Origin: Candidatus Omnitrophota bacterium
GTDB taxonomy: Bacteria; Omnitrophota; Gorgyraeia; Zapsychrales; JANLHA01
Assembly: GCA_023247795.1 (NCBI GenBank)
Contig: JAHFFT010000002.1
Location: 31,760 to 95,759, forward strand
DNA length: 64,000 bases
Reading direction: 5' to 3'
Shown here: in pieces, positions 39,204 to 49,450 of the stretch
Position numbering within the stretch: the first letter of the stretch is position 1
Layout: every line of letters starts with the position of its first letter
Position numbers and translations under genes: made by a program
The notes under the pieces: generated by a model
What the model was told of the DNA's origin: nothing
What the model saw: the letters and a program-made list of their open reading frames with translations, nothing else
Databases searched by the model: none

Positions 39204-40701
39204 ACATTCTAAACATTCTGCGGAAGTCAAAGCGAGCGGGAAGACGGGGATCCATATCCTGATCCTCATTGTTCTTGGGTTCGCGGTTTATTCAAACGTT
39301 CTCAGCAATGGGTTCATTGGGGATGATCATGTTAAGGTTGAAAAAAATTTGTTTTATCGGAGTTTGGTAAATCTTCCGCACTTGTTTGATAGCTCGTATC
39401 TTGCTTATCAAAATGACTATTTTTATAAGGACCCACCGTATTTTTCTTCGGGAGAGGTTTCTTACCGACCGATGATTTCATTGTTTTACTTCATGGATTA
39501 CCAAATTTGGCATGAGAATCCGTTTGGCTGGCACCTGGACAGTATTTTGCTTCATATCCTCAACGTGGTTTTGGTCTATATCTTTGTCTCGATGATTTTG
39601 CGCAGTGAAAAAATTGGCCTTTTATCGGCGGTGTTGTTTTGCGTTCACCCGATCCAAGCCGAGGTGGTGAACGCGATCAGTTATCGCCACGCTATGTTAG
39701 ACGCCTTTTTTGTCTTATGGGCCTTCATTTTTTATATCAAGGGAAAAGAGGTGTCCCCAAAATGGGGTCGTGCTTTGTATGTGCTGTCAGTCGTTTGCTA
39801 TTTTTTGGGGGTGTTCTCTAGAGAATCTGCGGTTGTTTTTCCCGTCATGCTTTTTTTATACGACTATTTTATCCTGGGGAAAAAAGATGTTTTGCTGCCA
39901 AGGGAATTCTTTCGACGCTACATTTGGTTTTACGTTGTCACGGTATTTTTTTTATTCATTTATTTTTTTGTGTTCCCGAACACGGCCTTGCCGGACAATC
40001 AGCTGTTGGGGGGATCGCTTGGATGGCATGTGTTGTCGATCGCGTTGAATTTTTTTCGTTATCTCTTTTGGCTGATCTTTCCGATGTTTGTCAACGTGAT
40101 CCCGCCTTTGTATGCTCCTGACATCAGTCATACGCCTTTTAAAGAAACCATCATTTGTTGTTTGTCCTTTTTAGCGTTTGTCGTGTTAGCCGTTCAATGT
40201 TTCAGAATCGAGAAGAAAGTACTCCTTTTTTTGTTGTGGTTTATTGTGTTTTTTATTCCGGTATCAAACGTGATCCCCTTAGCTAATCCTGTGGCCCATC
40301 GCTTTATGTATTTGCCATCCATTGGGGTCTGTGTTCTCGGCGGTATTTTTTTTGAAAAAATCCTTTGTGAGTTTAGGAGGTTGGGTTATGTTCTGATCGT
40401 CGCGATGGTCTTAATGAGCTGCAGCATGACGTTCTCGATCAATATGCTGTGGAAGAACGAGTTGAGACTGTTCTTAGCATTGGTCAGGTTGTATCCCGAA
40501 AATAAAAAATCGCACGAGGTTTTGGGCATGGCCTATTTCAATTTGGGTTTGTATCAAGAGGCCAAGACGTATCTGCGTAAGGCCTTGGAAATGGGGTCGA
40601 CTGACCCTCGGATGCAAAAGGAATTGAAGATGATTGCTGATAAGGAAACGGAATCGAAAAATCCCAGTGGTTCTTTGGAACAAGGAGGAGTGGGGCAATG
40701 A
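39193..40701 (+). CDS. TMTC-like GT-C membrane glycosyltransferase with TPR (paralog A)
   Basis: NGFIGDD loop, [18 protein letters not shown], one C-terminal TPR. Confidence 0.75.
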   Translation: MLFKHSKHSAEVKASGKTGIHILILIVLGFAVYSNVLSNGFIGDDHVKVEKNLFYRSLVNLPHLFDSSYLAYQNDYFYKDPPYFSSGEVSYRPMISLFYFMDYQIWHENPFGWHLDSILLHILNVVLVYIFVSMILRSEKIGLLSAVLFCVHPIQAEVVNAISYRHAMLDAFFVLWAFIFYIKGKEVSPKWGRALYVLSVVCYFLGVFSRESAVVFPVMLFLYDYFILGKKDVLLPREFFRRYIWFYVVTVFFLFIYFFVFPNTALPDNQLLGGSLGWHVLSIALNFFRYLFWLIFPMFVNVIPPLYAPDISHTPFKETIICCLSFLAFVVLAVQCFRIEKKVLLFLLWFIVFFIPVSNVIPLANPVAHRFMYLPSIGVCVLGGIFFEKILCEFRRLGYVLIVAMVLMSCSMTFSINMLWKNELRLFLALVRLYPENKKSHEVLGMAYFNLGLYQEAKTYLRKALEMGSTDPRMQKELKMIADKETESKNPSGSLEQGGVGQ

Positions 40702-41117
40702 AACATCATCGAGAAGAACTTTGGTTCAATACTCAGACCCGCCGGGCTTATATCAATATCAGCGAACAAGTCCAGGACATCGTCGAAAAAAGCGGAATCA
40801 AAGAGGGGTTATGTTTGGTGAATGCCATGCACATCAGCGCCAGTGTTTATATCAACGATGATGAAAGTGGGCTTCTCAAGGACTATGATGTCTGGTTGGA
40901 AAAGTTGGCCCCGCACGATCCGGTCGCCCAGTACCGACATAATGATACCGGTGAGGACAACGCCGATGCTCATTTGAAACGCCAAGTGATGGGGCGGGAG
41001 GTTGTTGTCGCGGTCACAAGGGGGAAGTTGGATTTCGGTCCGTGGGAGCAGATTTTTTACGGTGAGTTCGACGGCCGACGCAAGAAGCGGGTGTTGGTAA
41101 AGATCATTGGGGAATAG
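40698..41117 (+). CDS. yjbQ: YjbQ (UPF0047) family protein
   Basis: [30 protein letters not shown]. Confidence 0.92.
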   Translation: MKHHREELWFNTQTRRAYINISEQVQDIVEKSGIKEGLCLVNAMHISASVYINDDESGLLKDYDVWLEKLAPHDPVAQYRHNDTGEDNADAHLKRQVMGREVVVAVTRGKLDFGPWEQIFYGEFDGRRKKRVLVKIIGE

Positions 41118-41118
41118 T

Positions 41119-41184
41119 TTTCAAGTTTCAGGTCGCAGGTCTCAAGTCACAAGAAAAAAACACTTGGCAACTTGAGACGTGCGA
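41119..41184. repeat. Inverted heptamer-period repeat element (copy 3)
   Basis: TTTCAAG TTTCAGG TCGCAGG TCTCAAG TCACAAG - A-rich spacer - CTTGGCAA CTTGAGA CGTGCGA. Confidence 0.78.
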
Positions 41185-41192
41185 TTTACCAA

Positions 41193-41210
41193 TAACCTGC
41201 GAGGTCAGAA
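41193..41210. repeat. REP-like hairpin remnant
   Basis: TAACCTGCGAGGTCAGAA is the exact reverse complement of 62856-62873. Confidence 0.65.
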
Positions 41211-41235
41211 CATCAGAAAGGCCTGTTTTTTGTTT

Positions 41236-42654
41236 ATGAAGAAATGGGGTCAGATTGTCTTGCTGATTTTGATGGGAGGGGCGGTCTATTATAATTCGCT
41301 CTTTAATGGTTTTGTATCGGATGATCATATCGTCATCGAGAAGAACCTGTTTTATAAAAGCTGGAATAATCTGCCGCGCTTGTTTGATAATTCTTATCTC
41401 GCTCATCAGAACGATTATTTTATTAAAGAGCCGCCTTATGATTCTTCCGGTGCGGTTTCTTATCGTCCGATGATTTCATTATTCTATTTTTTGGATTACC
41501 ATTTTTGGCAAGAAAATCCTTTCGGCTGGCACTTAGACAGCGTTGTCCTTCATCTGATCAACACGCTTTTACTTTATTACCTCGTTTTACTGATGTTAAA
41601 GAATGAGACGACGGCATTTTTGACCGCGGTCTTCTTTTGTGTGCATCCTGTCCAGTCTGAGGCTGTGAACGTGATTAGCTACCGTCACGCTATGTTAGAC
41701 ACCTTTTTTGTTTTGTTGGGTCTCATTTTTTATGTCAAGGCCTCAGCGGCAGCGCAAAAGCGGAATATGGGATGCTATGTGCTTTCGCTCCTTTGCTATT
41801 TTTTTGCTGTATTTTCTCGAGAATCTGCGGTTGTTTTTCCGTTCATCGTGTTTTTATATGATTTTTTTGTTTTGCAGCAAAAGGAGGCGATAAACCCGCG
41901 GCAATTCATACGACGCTATACTCTTTTTTACGTGGTTACATTATTTTTCTTATACATCTACTTCTTCGTTTTTCCTAACACGGCTTTGCCGGAGAATCAT
42001 TTGTTAGGCGGGGCTCTGGGCGTACATGCATTATCGATCGTGATGAATTTCTTTCGTTATCTTTTCTGGTTGCTTTTCCCGATGTTCGTCAACGTGGTCG
42101 CTCCTATGTACGCGCCCGTCGTCAATCAGGAAACGTTGGGGCAAGTCATTGTCAACTGTTTGGCGTTTTTGACATTCATCATGTTGTCGATCAAGTGTGT
42201 GCGAGGAGAAAAGAAGGCATTGTTCTTTTCACTATGGTTTGTCGTGTTTTTTCTTCCGATCTCGAATGTGATTCCTTTGGCCAATCCGGTGGCGCAACGT
42301 TTTATGTATTTGCCTTCCATTGGAATCTGTGCCCTGGCGGCCATTTTTTCCCAACAGTTGCTTTCTGAATTTAAAAGACTGGGGACGGGACTGATCTCCT
42401 TTTTGATTTTGTTGTTGTGCGGGATGACCATCTCGCTCAATATGTTGTGGGCAAATGATCTGAGATTATTCCTGACTTTGACCCGACTATACCCGGAGAA
42501 TCTCAGGTCTCAGGAGTTTTTGGGGATGGTTTATTTTAACATGGGATTGGATAAGGAAGCCGAAGAGCATTTGCAGAAGGCCTTGGAATTGGGATCGCAG
42601 GACCCAAGAATGGAAACAATTTTTAAAATTATGAAGGAAAGGAAAGGGCTGTAA
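41236..42654 (+). CDS. TMTC-like GT-C membrane glycosyltransferase with TPR (paralog B)
   Basis: [33 protein letters not shown]; colinear with 39193..40701. Confidence 0.75.
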   Translation: MKKWGQIVLLILMGGAVYYNSLFNGFVSDDHIVIEKNLFYKSWNNLPRLFDNSYLAHQNDYFIKEPPYDSSGAVSYRPMISLFYFLDYHFWQENPFGWHLDSVVLHLINTLLLYYLVLLMLKNETTAFLTAVFFCVHPVQSEAVNVISYRHAMLDTFFVLLGLIFYVKASAAAQKRNMGCYVLSLLCYFFAVFSRESAVVFPFIVFLYDFFVLQQKEAINPRQFIRRYTLFYVVTLFFLYIYFFVFPNTALPENHLLGGALGVHALSIVMNFFRYLFWLLFPMFVNVVAPMYAPVVNQETLGQVIVNCLAFLTFIMLSIKCVRGEKKALFFSLWFVVFFLPISNVIPLANPVAQRFMYLPSIGICALAAIFSQQLLSEFKRLGTGLISFLILLLCGMTISLNMLWANDLRLFLTLTRLYPENLRSQEFLGMVYFNMGLDKEAEEHLQKALELGSQDPRMETIFKIMKERKGL

Positions 42655-42655
42655 T

Positions 42656-43561
42656 ATGAGCTTATTAGTCATCGGAACGGTGGCTTTGGATAACGTCAAA
42701 ACCCACGTTGGAGTTGAGCGGGATCTCTTGGGTGGATCAGCCGCGCATTTCGCGATGAGCGCACGGCTCTTTCAAAAGGTCCATCTCGTTGCCATTGTGG
42801 GGCAGGATTTTCCACAACAGCATATCCATTTACTAAAACAGAAAGGGATTGATTTGACCTCGCTCAAAGTCGGGGATGGGAAATCCTTTCGTTGGGAGGG
42901 CGAATACAAAAAGGAAGATTTGAACAGCGCCTTGACCTTAGCGACGGAACTTGGTGTTCTCATCGGATTTATTCCGGAAGTCGCACTTCATCAAAAAAAA
43001 ATCCCGAATGTGTTTCTGGCCAATATCGATCCCGATATCCAGATGGGGTTGTTGAAGATGATGCACAAACCAAAACTCGTCGGCTTAGATAGCATGAATC
43101 TTTGGATCAACCATAAAAGCAAAGAATTGAAAAAGTTGATGACGCAGGTCAATCTTTTCGTCGCCAACGACGGTGAGGCCCGGAGTTTGACCGGAGAATA
43201 CAATCTGGTTAAGGCCGCGAAGGCGTTGCGGCGGATGGGCCCGGAATTGATTGTGGTTAAAAAAGGTGAACACGGTGTGTTGTTTTTTTGTGATTCTTTC
43301 ACGTTTTCTTTTCCGGCTTATCCGGTTGAAGAGGTGGTTGATCCGACGGGCGCGGGTGATACTTTTGCCGGAGGGTTGATGGGATATTTGAGCCGGGCCG
43401 GGAAAATCAATAAGACCGTTTTAAAAAAGGCGGTTCTTTACGGGACCACCTTGGCTTCTTTCAATGTCGAAGGTTTTGGGATGAGCAAGACCTCTCCCTT
43501 GACTTTGACAAAGGCCAACCAACGCCTGAAAGAATTGTTGGTTCATATTTCATTTTCATGA
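42656..43561 (+). CDS. PfkB family carbohydrate/nucleoside kinase
   Basis: LGGSA, KKGEHG, DPTGAGDTFAGG. Confidence 0.92.
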   Translation: MSLLVIGTVALDNVKTHVGVERDLLGGSAAHFAMSARLFQKVHLVAIVGQDFPQQHIHLLKQKGIDLTSLKVGDGKSFRWEGEYKKEDLNSALTLATELGVLIGFIPEVALHQKKIPNVFLANIDPDIQMGLLKMMHKPKLVGLDSMNLWINHKSKELKKLMTQVNLFVANDGEARSLTGEYNLVKAAKALRRMGPELIVVKKGEHGVLFFCDSFTFSFPAYPVEEVVDPTGAGDTFAGGLMGYLSRAGKINKTVLKKAVLYGTTLASFNVEGFGMSKTSPLTLTKANQRLKELLVHISFS

Positions 43562-43571
43562 AGGCGGGGAC

Positions 43572-44498
43572 ATGACGAAAACTAAACAAGACAAGAAAAT
43601 ACGCTGCGGCACGGTCGCGATCGTTGGCCGTCCGAATGTTGGCAAATCAACCTTGCTCAATGCCATTGTTAAAGAGAAAGTGGCAATTGTTTCAAAGATT
43701 CCGCAAACCACCCGTCAGCAAATCCGCGGGATTTATAATGATGAGCGAGGTCAGATCATTTTTGTGGATACACCAGGGCTGCACGCCGGGCGGGACAAAC
43801 TAGACCGTTTCATGAGAAAGAGTGCTTATGGCGTGACCCAGCAGGCCGAGTGCATTATCCATTTGGTCGACTCTTCTAGAAGTGTCGGCAGAGAAGAAGA
43901 GCAGATTGTTGAAAATTTAGGCGCGTTGAAGGTCCCTATCGTGCTGGGCCTTAACAAAATTGATTTGAAGGGAGAAAGGGTTGCCCAGTATTTGGAACTG
44001 TGGGAACGTTTGAAGGGAGTGCCTGTTCAAAAAATCAAGAATTTTACCCTCATTGCCCTTTCCGGACTGCAAGGCAAGAATATCGACGAGCTTTTGGATG
44101 TCCTTTTTGGTGTGTTGCCGGAAGGCCCGCGCCTTTATCCTGAAGACGCGTTAACGGATACTCCGCAGCGAATGGCCATTGCCGATATCATTCGAGAGAA
44201 ACTGCTAGGGGTCCTTCGGCAAGAGGTGCCGCATTCCGTTGCCGTCGTGATTGAAAACACCCAACCTCGTCGGAAAAAGACCATTTACATCCAGGCCCTG
44301 ATTTTAGTCGAGCGCGATTCGCAGAAAACCATCGTCATTGGGAAGAACGCCAAACTTTTGAAAGAGATTGGACAGCAGGCCCGGCTGGAACTGGAGAACT
44401 TGTTGGAGAGTAAGGTTTTTCTGGAGCTTCGTGTTAAGACCAAAAAAGATTGGCGTGACAACGATGAACTTTTACTGGAGATGGGTTATCATCAGTGA
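43572..44498 (+). CDS. era: GTPase Era
   Basis: GRPNVGKST, PQTTR, DTPG, NKID, KH domain VIGKNA. Confidence 0.96.
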   Translation: MTKTKQDKKIRCGTVAIVGRPNVGKSTLLNAIVKEKVAIVSKIPQTTRQQIRGIYNDERGQIIFVDTPGLHAGRDKLDRFMRKSAYGVTQQAECIIHLVDSSRSVGREEEQIVENLGALKVPIVLGLNKIDLKGERVAQYLELWERLKGVPVQKIKNFTLIALSGLQGKNIDELLDVLFGVLPEGPRLYPEDALTDTPQRMAIADIIREKLLGVLRQEVPHSVAVVIENTQPRRKKTIYIQALILVERDSQKTIVIGKNAKLLKEIGQQARLELENLLESKVFLELRVKTKKDWRDNDELLLEMGYHQ

Positions 44499-44517
44499 TG
44501 GCTTTGGCGTTTTGAAA

Positions 44518-44582
44518 TCGCAAGTCTCAGGTTTCAAGTCCCAAGTAGTTTTTACTTGAGACATGAGACTTGTATCTTGAAA
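44518..44582. repeat. Inverted heptamer-period repeat element (copy 4)
   Basis: TCGCAAG TCTCAGG TTTCAAG TCCCAAG - 9 nt - CTTGAGA CATGAGA CTTGTAT CTTGAAA. Confidence 0.8.
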
Positions 44583-44601
44583 TTTGGGAGAGGAGACAAG
44601 C

Positions 44602-44997
44602 ATGAAAATCCTGGCTATTTTTTTTAAAATCATCGCGGTGATCACGGGTCTCTTGTTGCTATCGGTGAGTTTGTTTTTTTATTTCAATCCTCAACAGGTG
44701 TTGAATACGCCGCTGGGTGCTTACTTAACGGTCGCAAAGATTCGGATGATGTGCTCGGTGTATATGGCATACGCGCTCTTATTTCTTATTCCCAATGCCG
44801 TTCTTTTGCGCGTCCGCATCGCTTCGATTTCCTACATGATCATTACCTTTCTTGTCGCGGTGTATTTGTCTTTCCAGCTTCTTACCGCCTCCTGGGGGCA
44901 TTTGAAAGGCTATCATCTTCCCTATATTTTCTGTCTTTTATCTGCGGGCCTGTCACACCTATGCATGTATGTCCATGTCGGAAAAAGTGATGAGTGA
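44602..44997 (+). CDS. Hypothetical four-TM membrane protein
   Basis: GGAGAGGAG RBS; four hydrophobic segments. Confidence 0.65.
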   Translation: MKILAIFFKIIAVITGLLLLSVSLFFYFNPQQVLNTPLGAYLTVAKIRMMCSVYMAYALLFLIPNAVLLRVRIASISYMIITFLVAVYLSFQLLTASWGHLKGYHLPYIFCLLSAGLSHLCMYVHVGKSDE

Positions 44998-45230
44998 GAT
45001 GAAAACCGCTAGGAAAAAACTGCATTTTTCGCGTACCTTCTTTCAAACCACATCGCTCCTACCTTAAATAATACAAGTTTTTTTTTGGTTAAAAGATATC
45101 AAGTTTCCTAGAAAGCGCTTTCTTTTGCGAAGCTGAAAGCCTTTTTTCTTAGCGGGCCAGGTGTTACAGTTGATTGGGAGCTAAGATTTTTCCGGTTGCT
45201 GTTAAAAATGAACAGGAAAGGAGTTTTACC

Positions 45231-46370
45231 ATGAAAGCCGAACAAAAAATTTGGTCTTTAGCCGCGGGTTGGCAAACAGAATCTGATCATCAATTGGGAG
45301 AAAAGGCGCAGCTGGTTCTGATATTTGGGGGAGCCGATTACCTCAAAGACCGCAAACGTATTGAAGAAATCAAACATTTTTATCCAAAAGCCCATTTGGT
45401 TGGATGTTCCACCGCTGGAGAAATCTGCGGGACCCATGTCGCCGATGATACGATTGTTTTGACCGCTGTTCAGTTCGAGCACACCACGATCAAGGTGACT
45501 AATATTAAGCTTAAAAGTATTGAAAACAGTTTCATGGCCGGTGAACGATTGATTGCGGCCATGGGTAAGCAGGGGTTGGCGCATGTCATTGTCCTTTCGG
45601 AAGGGATCCACGTCAACGGCAGTGAACTTGTCAAAGGGATGGCAAGCCAGCTTTCGCAAAAGGTGTCTGTCACCGGCGGTCTTTCCGCGGACGGAGATCG
45701 TTTCAAAAAGACTTTTGTTATTTGTGATCAAGAAGCCGAAGAAGACACGATCGCGGCGATTGGTCTTTATGGCGACCACATCAAAGTTAATTTCAGCGCC
45801 ATGGGAGGGTGGGAACCGTTTGGTCCGGAAAGGATGGTCACTCGCTCCGAGAGCAATGTTCTCTATGAACTGGATGGTCAATCGGCGCTTGCTTTGTATA
45901 AAGAATATTTAGGCGAACATGCCCAAAAGCTGCCGTCGGCGGCCTTGTTATTTCCTTTGAGCTTGCAGACTGCTGACCGCAAAGGTTGGGTGGTGCGCAC
46001 GATTTTAGGAATCAATGAAGAGGATCAAAGTATGACCTTTGCCGGGGACATTGCGGAAGGGTCTTTTGTCCGTTTGATGAGCGCGAATTATGACAATTTG
46101 ATCGACGGGGCCATTGGTGCCGCAAAGGCAAGTTATAAAAGCAATGGAAAGCCTGGTCCGGATTTGGCCATCTTGATGAGTTGTGTTGGCCGCAAATTAT
46201 TATTGAAGCAAAGGGTTGAGGAAGAAATCGAAGGCGTTCGTGATGTTTTTGGCGATCAAACGGTTCTAACTGGTTTTTACACCTACGGAGAGATCGCGCC
46301 ATTTCGAGCGAATACCCCTTGTGTCTTGCACAATCAAACAATGACGATCACGACTTTAAGTGAATATTGA
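45231..46370 (+). CDS. FIST-domain sensory protein (NosP-like)
   Basis: GCSTAGEI, GGLSAD, SCVGR, GFYTYGEI, LHNQTMT; AAAGGAG RBS. Confidence 0.92.
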   Translation: MKAEQKIWSLAAGWQTESDHQLGEKAQLVLIFGGADYLKDRKRIEEIKHFYPKAHLVGCSTAGEICGTHVADDTIVLTAVQFEHTTIKVTNIKLKSIENSFMAGERLIAAMGKQGLAHVIVLSEGIHVNGSELVKGMASQLSQKVSVTGGLSADGDRFKKTFVICDQEAEEDTIAAIGLYGDHIKVNFSAMGGWEPFGPERMVTRSESNVLYELDGQSALALYKEYLGEHAQKLPSAALLFPLSLQTADRKGWVVRTILGINEEDQSMTFAGDIAEGSFVRLMSANYDNLIDGAIGAAKASYKSNGKPGPDLAILMSCVGRKLLLKQRVEEEIEGVRDVFGDQTVLTGFYTYGEIAPFRANTPCVLHNQTMTITTLSEY

Positions 46371-46372
46371 AG

Positions 46373-46401
46373 ATCCACGGACGTCGGTCCGTGGATTTTT
46401 T
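46373..46401 (+). terminator. Intrinsic terminator-like hairpin between the FIST and GGDEF-EAL genes
   Basis: ATCCACGGAC-GTCG-GTCCGTGGAT followed by TTTTT. Confidence 0.6.
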
Positions 46402-46405
46402 AATT

Positions 46406-46442
46406 GGGACTTTCGCTTTAGCGAAAGTCCCGCGAAACGGGA
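46406..46442 (+). promoter_or_regulatory. Mutually exclusive hairpins overlapping the RBS
   Basis: GGGACTTTCGC-TTTA-GCGAAAGTCCC competes with TCCCG-CGAAA-CGGGA. Confidence 0.45.
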
Positions 46443-46448
46443 ATAACC

Positions 46449-48686
46449 ATGGCCAAGATCTTACATCCGTTATTTAAGAGGCAGTTTCAAAAATATTTAG
46501 GCTCTTCACGGAGTCTTTATCGGCAGTTTCATGATTATTTTTTGGCCGTGAACAGCTGTTACTGGCAGAGCGACGATGATCGCAAGCGGGTAGAAAGAAC
46601 ATTGGTCATCAGTTCTAAGGAATTGTTTGAAAGGAACTCGGAGATCCGCGCGGTGTTTGAGGCCTTTCCAGACTTATTTTTACGCATTGATGATCAGGGA
46701 CGGATTTTATCTTCACAATCGCCGAAAACAAATGATTTTCATTGGCTTCCTAAGGGGTTGATAGGGAAAAGCATTATGCAGCTTTTTGGAGAAGGGGCGG
46801 GGCGGGAATTTGTTCGTGCCATGGAAGCTGTTAAGGAGTCAAAGACCTTGGTCAGCATCGAATTTGAGCAAAAGGTCGATGGGCAAACTTATCATTACGA
46901 ATCGCGATTTTTGCCGCTCATGGATCAGCAGTATATCATCACGATCAGGAATATCACCGAACGTAAAATCGTGACCAAAGCCTTACGCGAAAGCGAGGAG
47001 CGGTATTCCTTGGCCGTCACCGGTGCCAATGACGGGATGTGGGATTGGGATCTGCAAACGAATCAGATCTTTTTTTCCGAGCGCTGGAAAACCATGCTGG
47101 GATTCGCGAATCATGAACTTATGGATACCCCGGATGAATGGCTGAAGCGCGTGCACCCGGATGATATTCAAAGACTCAGATTAAAAATCAACGCGCAGCT
47201 TAAGAATGTCGAGCCGCATTTCGAATTGGAATACCGTATTTTTAATAAAGATCAGCAGGTTTGCTGGGTTCTGACCCGGGGAGTGGCGGTTCGCGATCAA
47301 CTGGGCAAAATCACGCGCATGGTTGGTTCGCAGACCGATATCACAAAAAGAAAACTCGCGGAAGATCAGCTCCGCCACGACGCGCTGCACGATAAATTGA
47401 CCTCGCTGCCCAATCGAGCGCTTTTCATTGACCGTCTGGAGAATTTGATCGAACGCAATAAGCGCAATCCGCAGATTTATTTTGCCGTGCTTTTTATCGA
47501 TTTGGACCGTTTTAAAATGATCAACGACAGTTATGGTCATACGTTGGGGGATCAGCTGCTTATCAAAATCAGCAAACGTTTGAAGGCTTGTATGCGTTCG
47601 GGTGATACGGTCGCCCGACTCGGAGGAGATGAATTCACGATTTTGCTGGAAGATATCCAACATATTCAGGAGGCGACCAGTTTTGCCGAACGCATTCAAG
47701 ATGAGCTCTCTCATCCTTTTGATTTGAACGGGCAGATGATTACGGTAACGGCAAGCATAGGAATTTTGATGAATTCACACGAGCATCAAGGGGCCGAGGA
47801 TTATTTGCGGGACGCCGATAACGCGATGTACAGTGCCAAGATGCGCGGTAAGGCCTGCCACGAGGTTTTTGATAAATCCATGCATCAGGTGATCATGGAC
47901 CGCTTGAATCTGGAAGTGGATTTGCGACGGGCTTTGGAGAAAAAAGAATTTATCATGTATTATCAGCCCGTTGTTTCCTTGATGGATGGAAAGATCAAAC
48001 GGTTCGAGACCTTGATCCGTTGGCGTCATCCCCAGCGCGGCTTATTGGAGCCAAGCGAATTCATAACAATTGCCGAGGAGACCGGTCTCATCGTTGGCCT
48101 TGGACAGTGGATTTTGGAAAACGTTTGCCAGAAATATCAGTTGATTTTAAATGCCGGCTATTCCGACGTGGGAATCGCGGTCAACTTCTCAACCAGGCAG
48201 TTTCAACACCAGCGTTTGTTGGACATGATCCGGACCGTCATGCAAAACACAAAGATGGATTCCCGATTCATTGAAATTGAGATCACCGAATCCATGGCTA
48301 TGCGGGATGTCAATTTTACCGTCAATGTTTTGAATCAGCTAAAAGCCATGGGCTTTACGATCGCGATTGATGATTTCGGAGTCGGGTATTCGTCATTGAG
48401 TTCGCTCAAAATGCTGCCGCTGGATTGTTTGAAGGTCGATCAAAGTTTTATCCGTGACATTGCGGAGAACATCGACAATCAAGCGATCACCCAGGCGATC
48501 GTTGCTATGGCGCATACCTTAGGGATTCGGGTGGTGGCAGAGGGTGTTGAAAAAGAATCGCAGTTGCGGCTTTTACAGAAAAACGGTTGTGATGAAGCTC
48601 AGGGATATTTGTTCAGCCGTCCGGTTCCTTTCCATCAGGCCTTAACACAATTGAAGCAAGACGCCTTTGCCGTAATTCGGCATTGA
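46449..48686 (+). CDS. PAS-PAS-GGDEF-EAL diguanylate cyclase/phosphodiesterase
   Basis: PAS/PAC domains, HDKLTSLPNR, RSGD I-site, GGDEF, ETL, DDFGVGYSS, AEGVE. Confidence 0.93.
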   Translation: MAKILHPLFKRQFQKYLGSSRSLYRQFHDYFLAVNSCYWQSDDDRKRVERTLVISSKELFERNSEIRAVFEAFPDLFLRIDDQGRILSSQSPKTNDFHWLPKGLIGKSIMQLFGEGAGREFVRAMEAVKESKTLVSIEFEQKVDGQTYHYESRFLPLMDQQYIITIRNITERKIVTKALRESEERYSLAVTGANDGMWDWDLQTNQIFFSERWKTMLGFANHELMDTPDEWLKRVHPDDIQRLRLKINAQLKNVEPHFELEYRIFNKDQQVCWVLTRGVAVRDQLGKITRMVGSQTDITKRKLAEDQLRHDALHDKLTSLPNRALFIDRLENLIERNKRNPQIYFAVLFIDLDRFKMINDSYGHTLGDQLLIKISKRLKACMRSGDTVARLGGDEFTILLEDIQHIQEATSFAERIQDELSHPFDLNGQMITVTASIGILMNSHEHQGAEDYLRDADNAMYSAKMRGKACHEVFDKSMHQVIMDRLNLEVDLRRALEKKEFIMYYQPVVSLMDGKIKRFETLIRWRHPQRGLLEPSEFITIAEETGLIVGLGQWILENVCQKYQLILNAGYSDVGIAVNFSTRQFQHQRLLDMIRTVMQNTKMDSRFIEIEITESMAMRDVNFTVNVLNQLKAMGFTIAIDDFGVGYSSLSSLKMLPLDCLKVDQSFIRDIAENIDNQAITQAIVAMAHTLGIRVVAEGVEKESQLRLLQKNGCDEAQGYLFSRPVPFHQALTQLKQDAFAVIRH

Positions 48687-48784
48687 TTTTCCCGCCGTTT
48701 TCTTTTCCTTACCATTTCGACTTTTCTTTTGATCGGTTTTCACTTATACTATGAAACCGTTGTGACGAGGATTCAGGGAGGCGG

Positions 48785-49450
48785 ATGAAAACGGTTTCGG
48801 TAAAACAAATTCAAAGCTGGGAGCGAAAGGCCATTGAAAAATATGGCGTTCCGTCATTGTTGTTAATGGAAAATGCCGGACGATCGGTAGCACGGGAGGT
48901 CATCTCGTGCCTGAAAGGAAAAAAAAGACCGAGGATTTGCATTTTCTGCGGGGGAGGAAATAATGCCGGGGATGGATTTGTCGTCGGTCGCCATCTGTCG
49001 AACGCCGAGACCAAAGTCGAAATTTTTCTTATTGGAGATCCAAAACGTTTGAAGACAGACGCGTTGAGCAATTATCAGATCTTAGGCCGGTTAAAATTCC
49101 CGATTCATTTAGTCAAGACGATAACACCAAAGATCAAGGCCCAACTGCGTTCCAGCCAGGTGATTGTGGACGCGCTCTTCGGTGTTGGTTTGAATCGGGA
49201 GATCAAAGGGGTTTATAAAGAGGTCATTGATTTGATCAACGCGGCCAAGAAAAAAGTTGTTGCCGTTGATGTCCCGTCGGGGTTGGATGGGACCACCGGC
49301 GATATTTATGGTGTTTGTGTCAAGGCCGATGTCACGGTCACGTTCAGTTTCGCCAAAAAAGGTTTTTTTCTTAAAAAGGGGCCGCGGCAAGTCGGAAGGA
49401 TTATTGTTGCGGACATTGGGATTCCCAGCGGATTGATCCATGGTCGATAA
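48785..49450 (+). CDS. nnrE: NAD(P)H-hydrate epimerase (stand-alone YjeF-N)
   Basis: LMENAG, CGGGNNAGDG, DALFGVG, VDVPSG. Confidence 0.92.
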   Translation: MKTVSVKQIQSWERKAIEKYGVPSLLLMENAGRSVAREVISCLKGKKRPRICIFCGGGNNAGDGFVVGRHLSNAETKVEIFLIGDPKRLKTDALSNYQILGRLKFPIHLVKTITPKIKAQLRSSQVIVDALFGVGLNREIKGVYKEVIDLINAAKKKVVAVDVPSGLDGTTGDIYGVCVKADVTVTFSFAKKGFFLKKGPRQVGRIIVADIGIPSGLIHGR

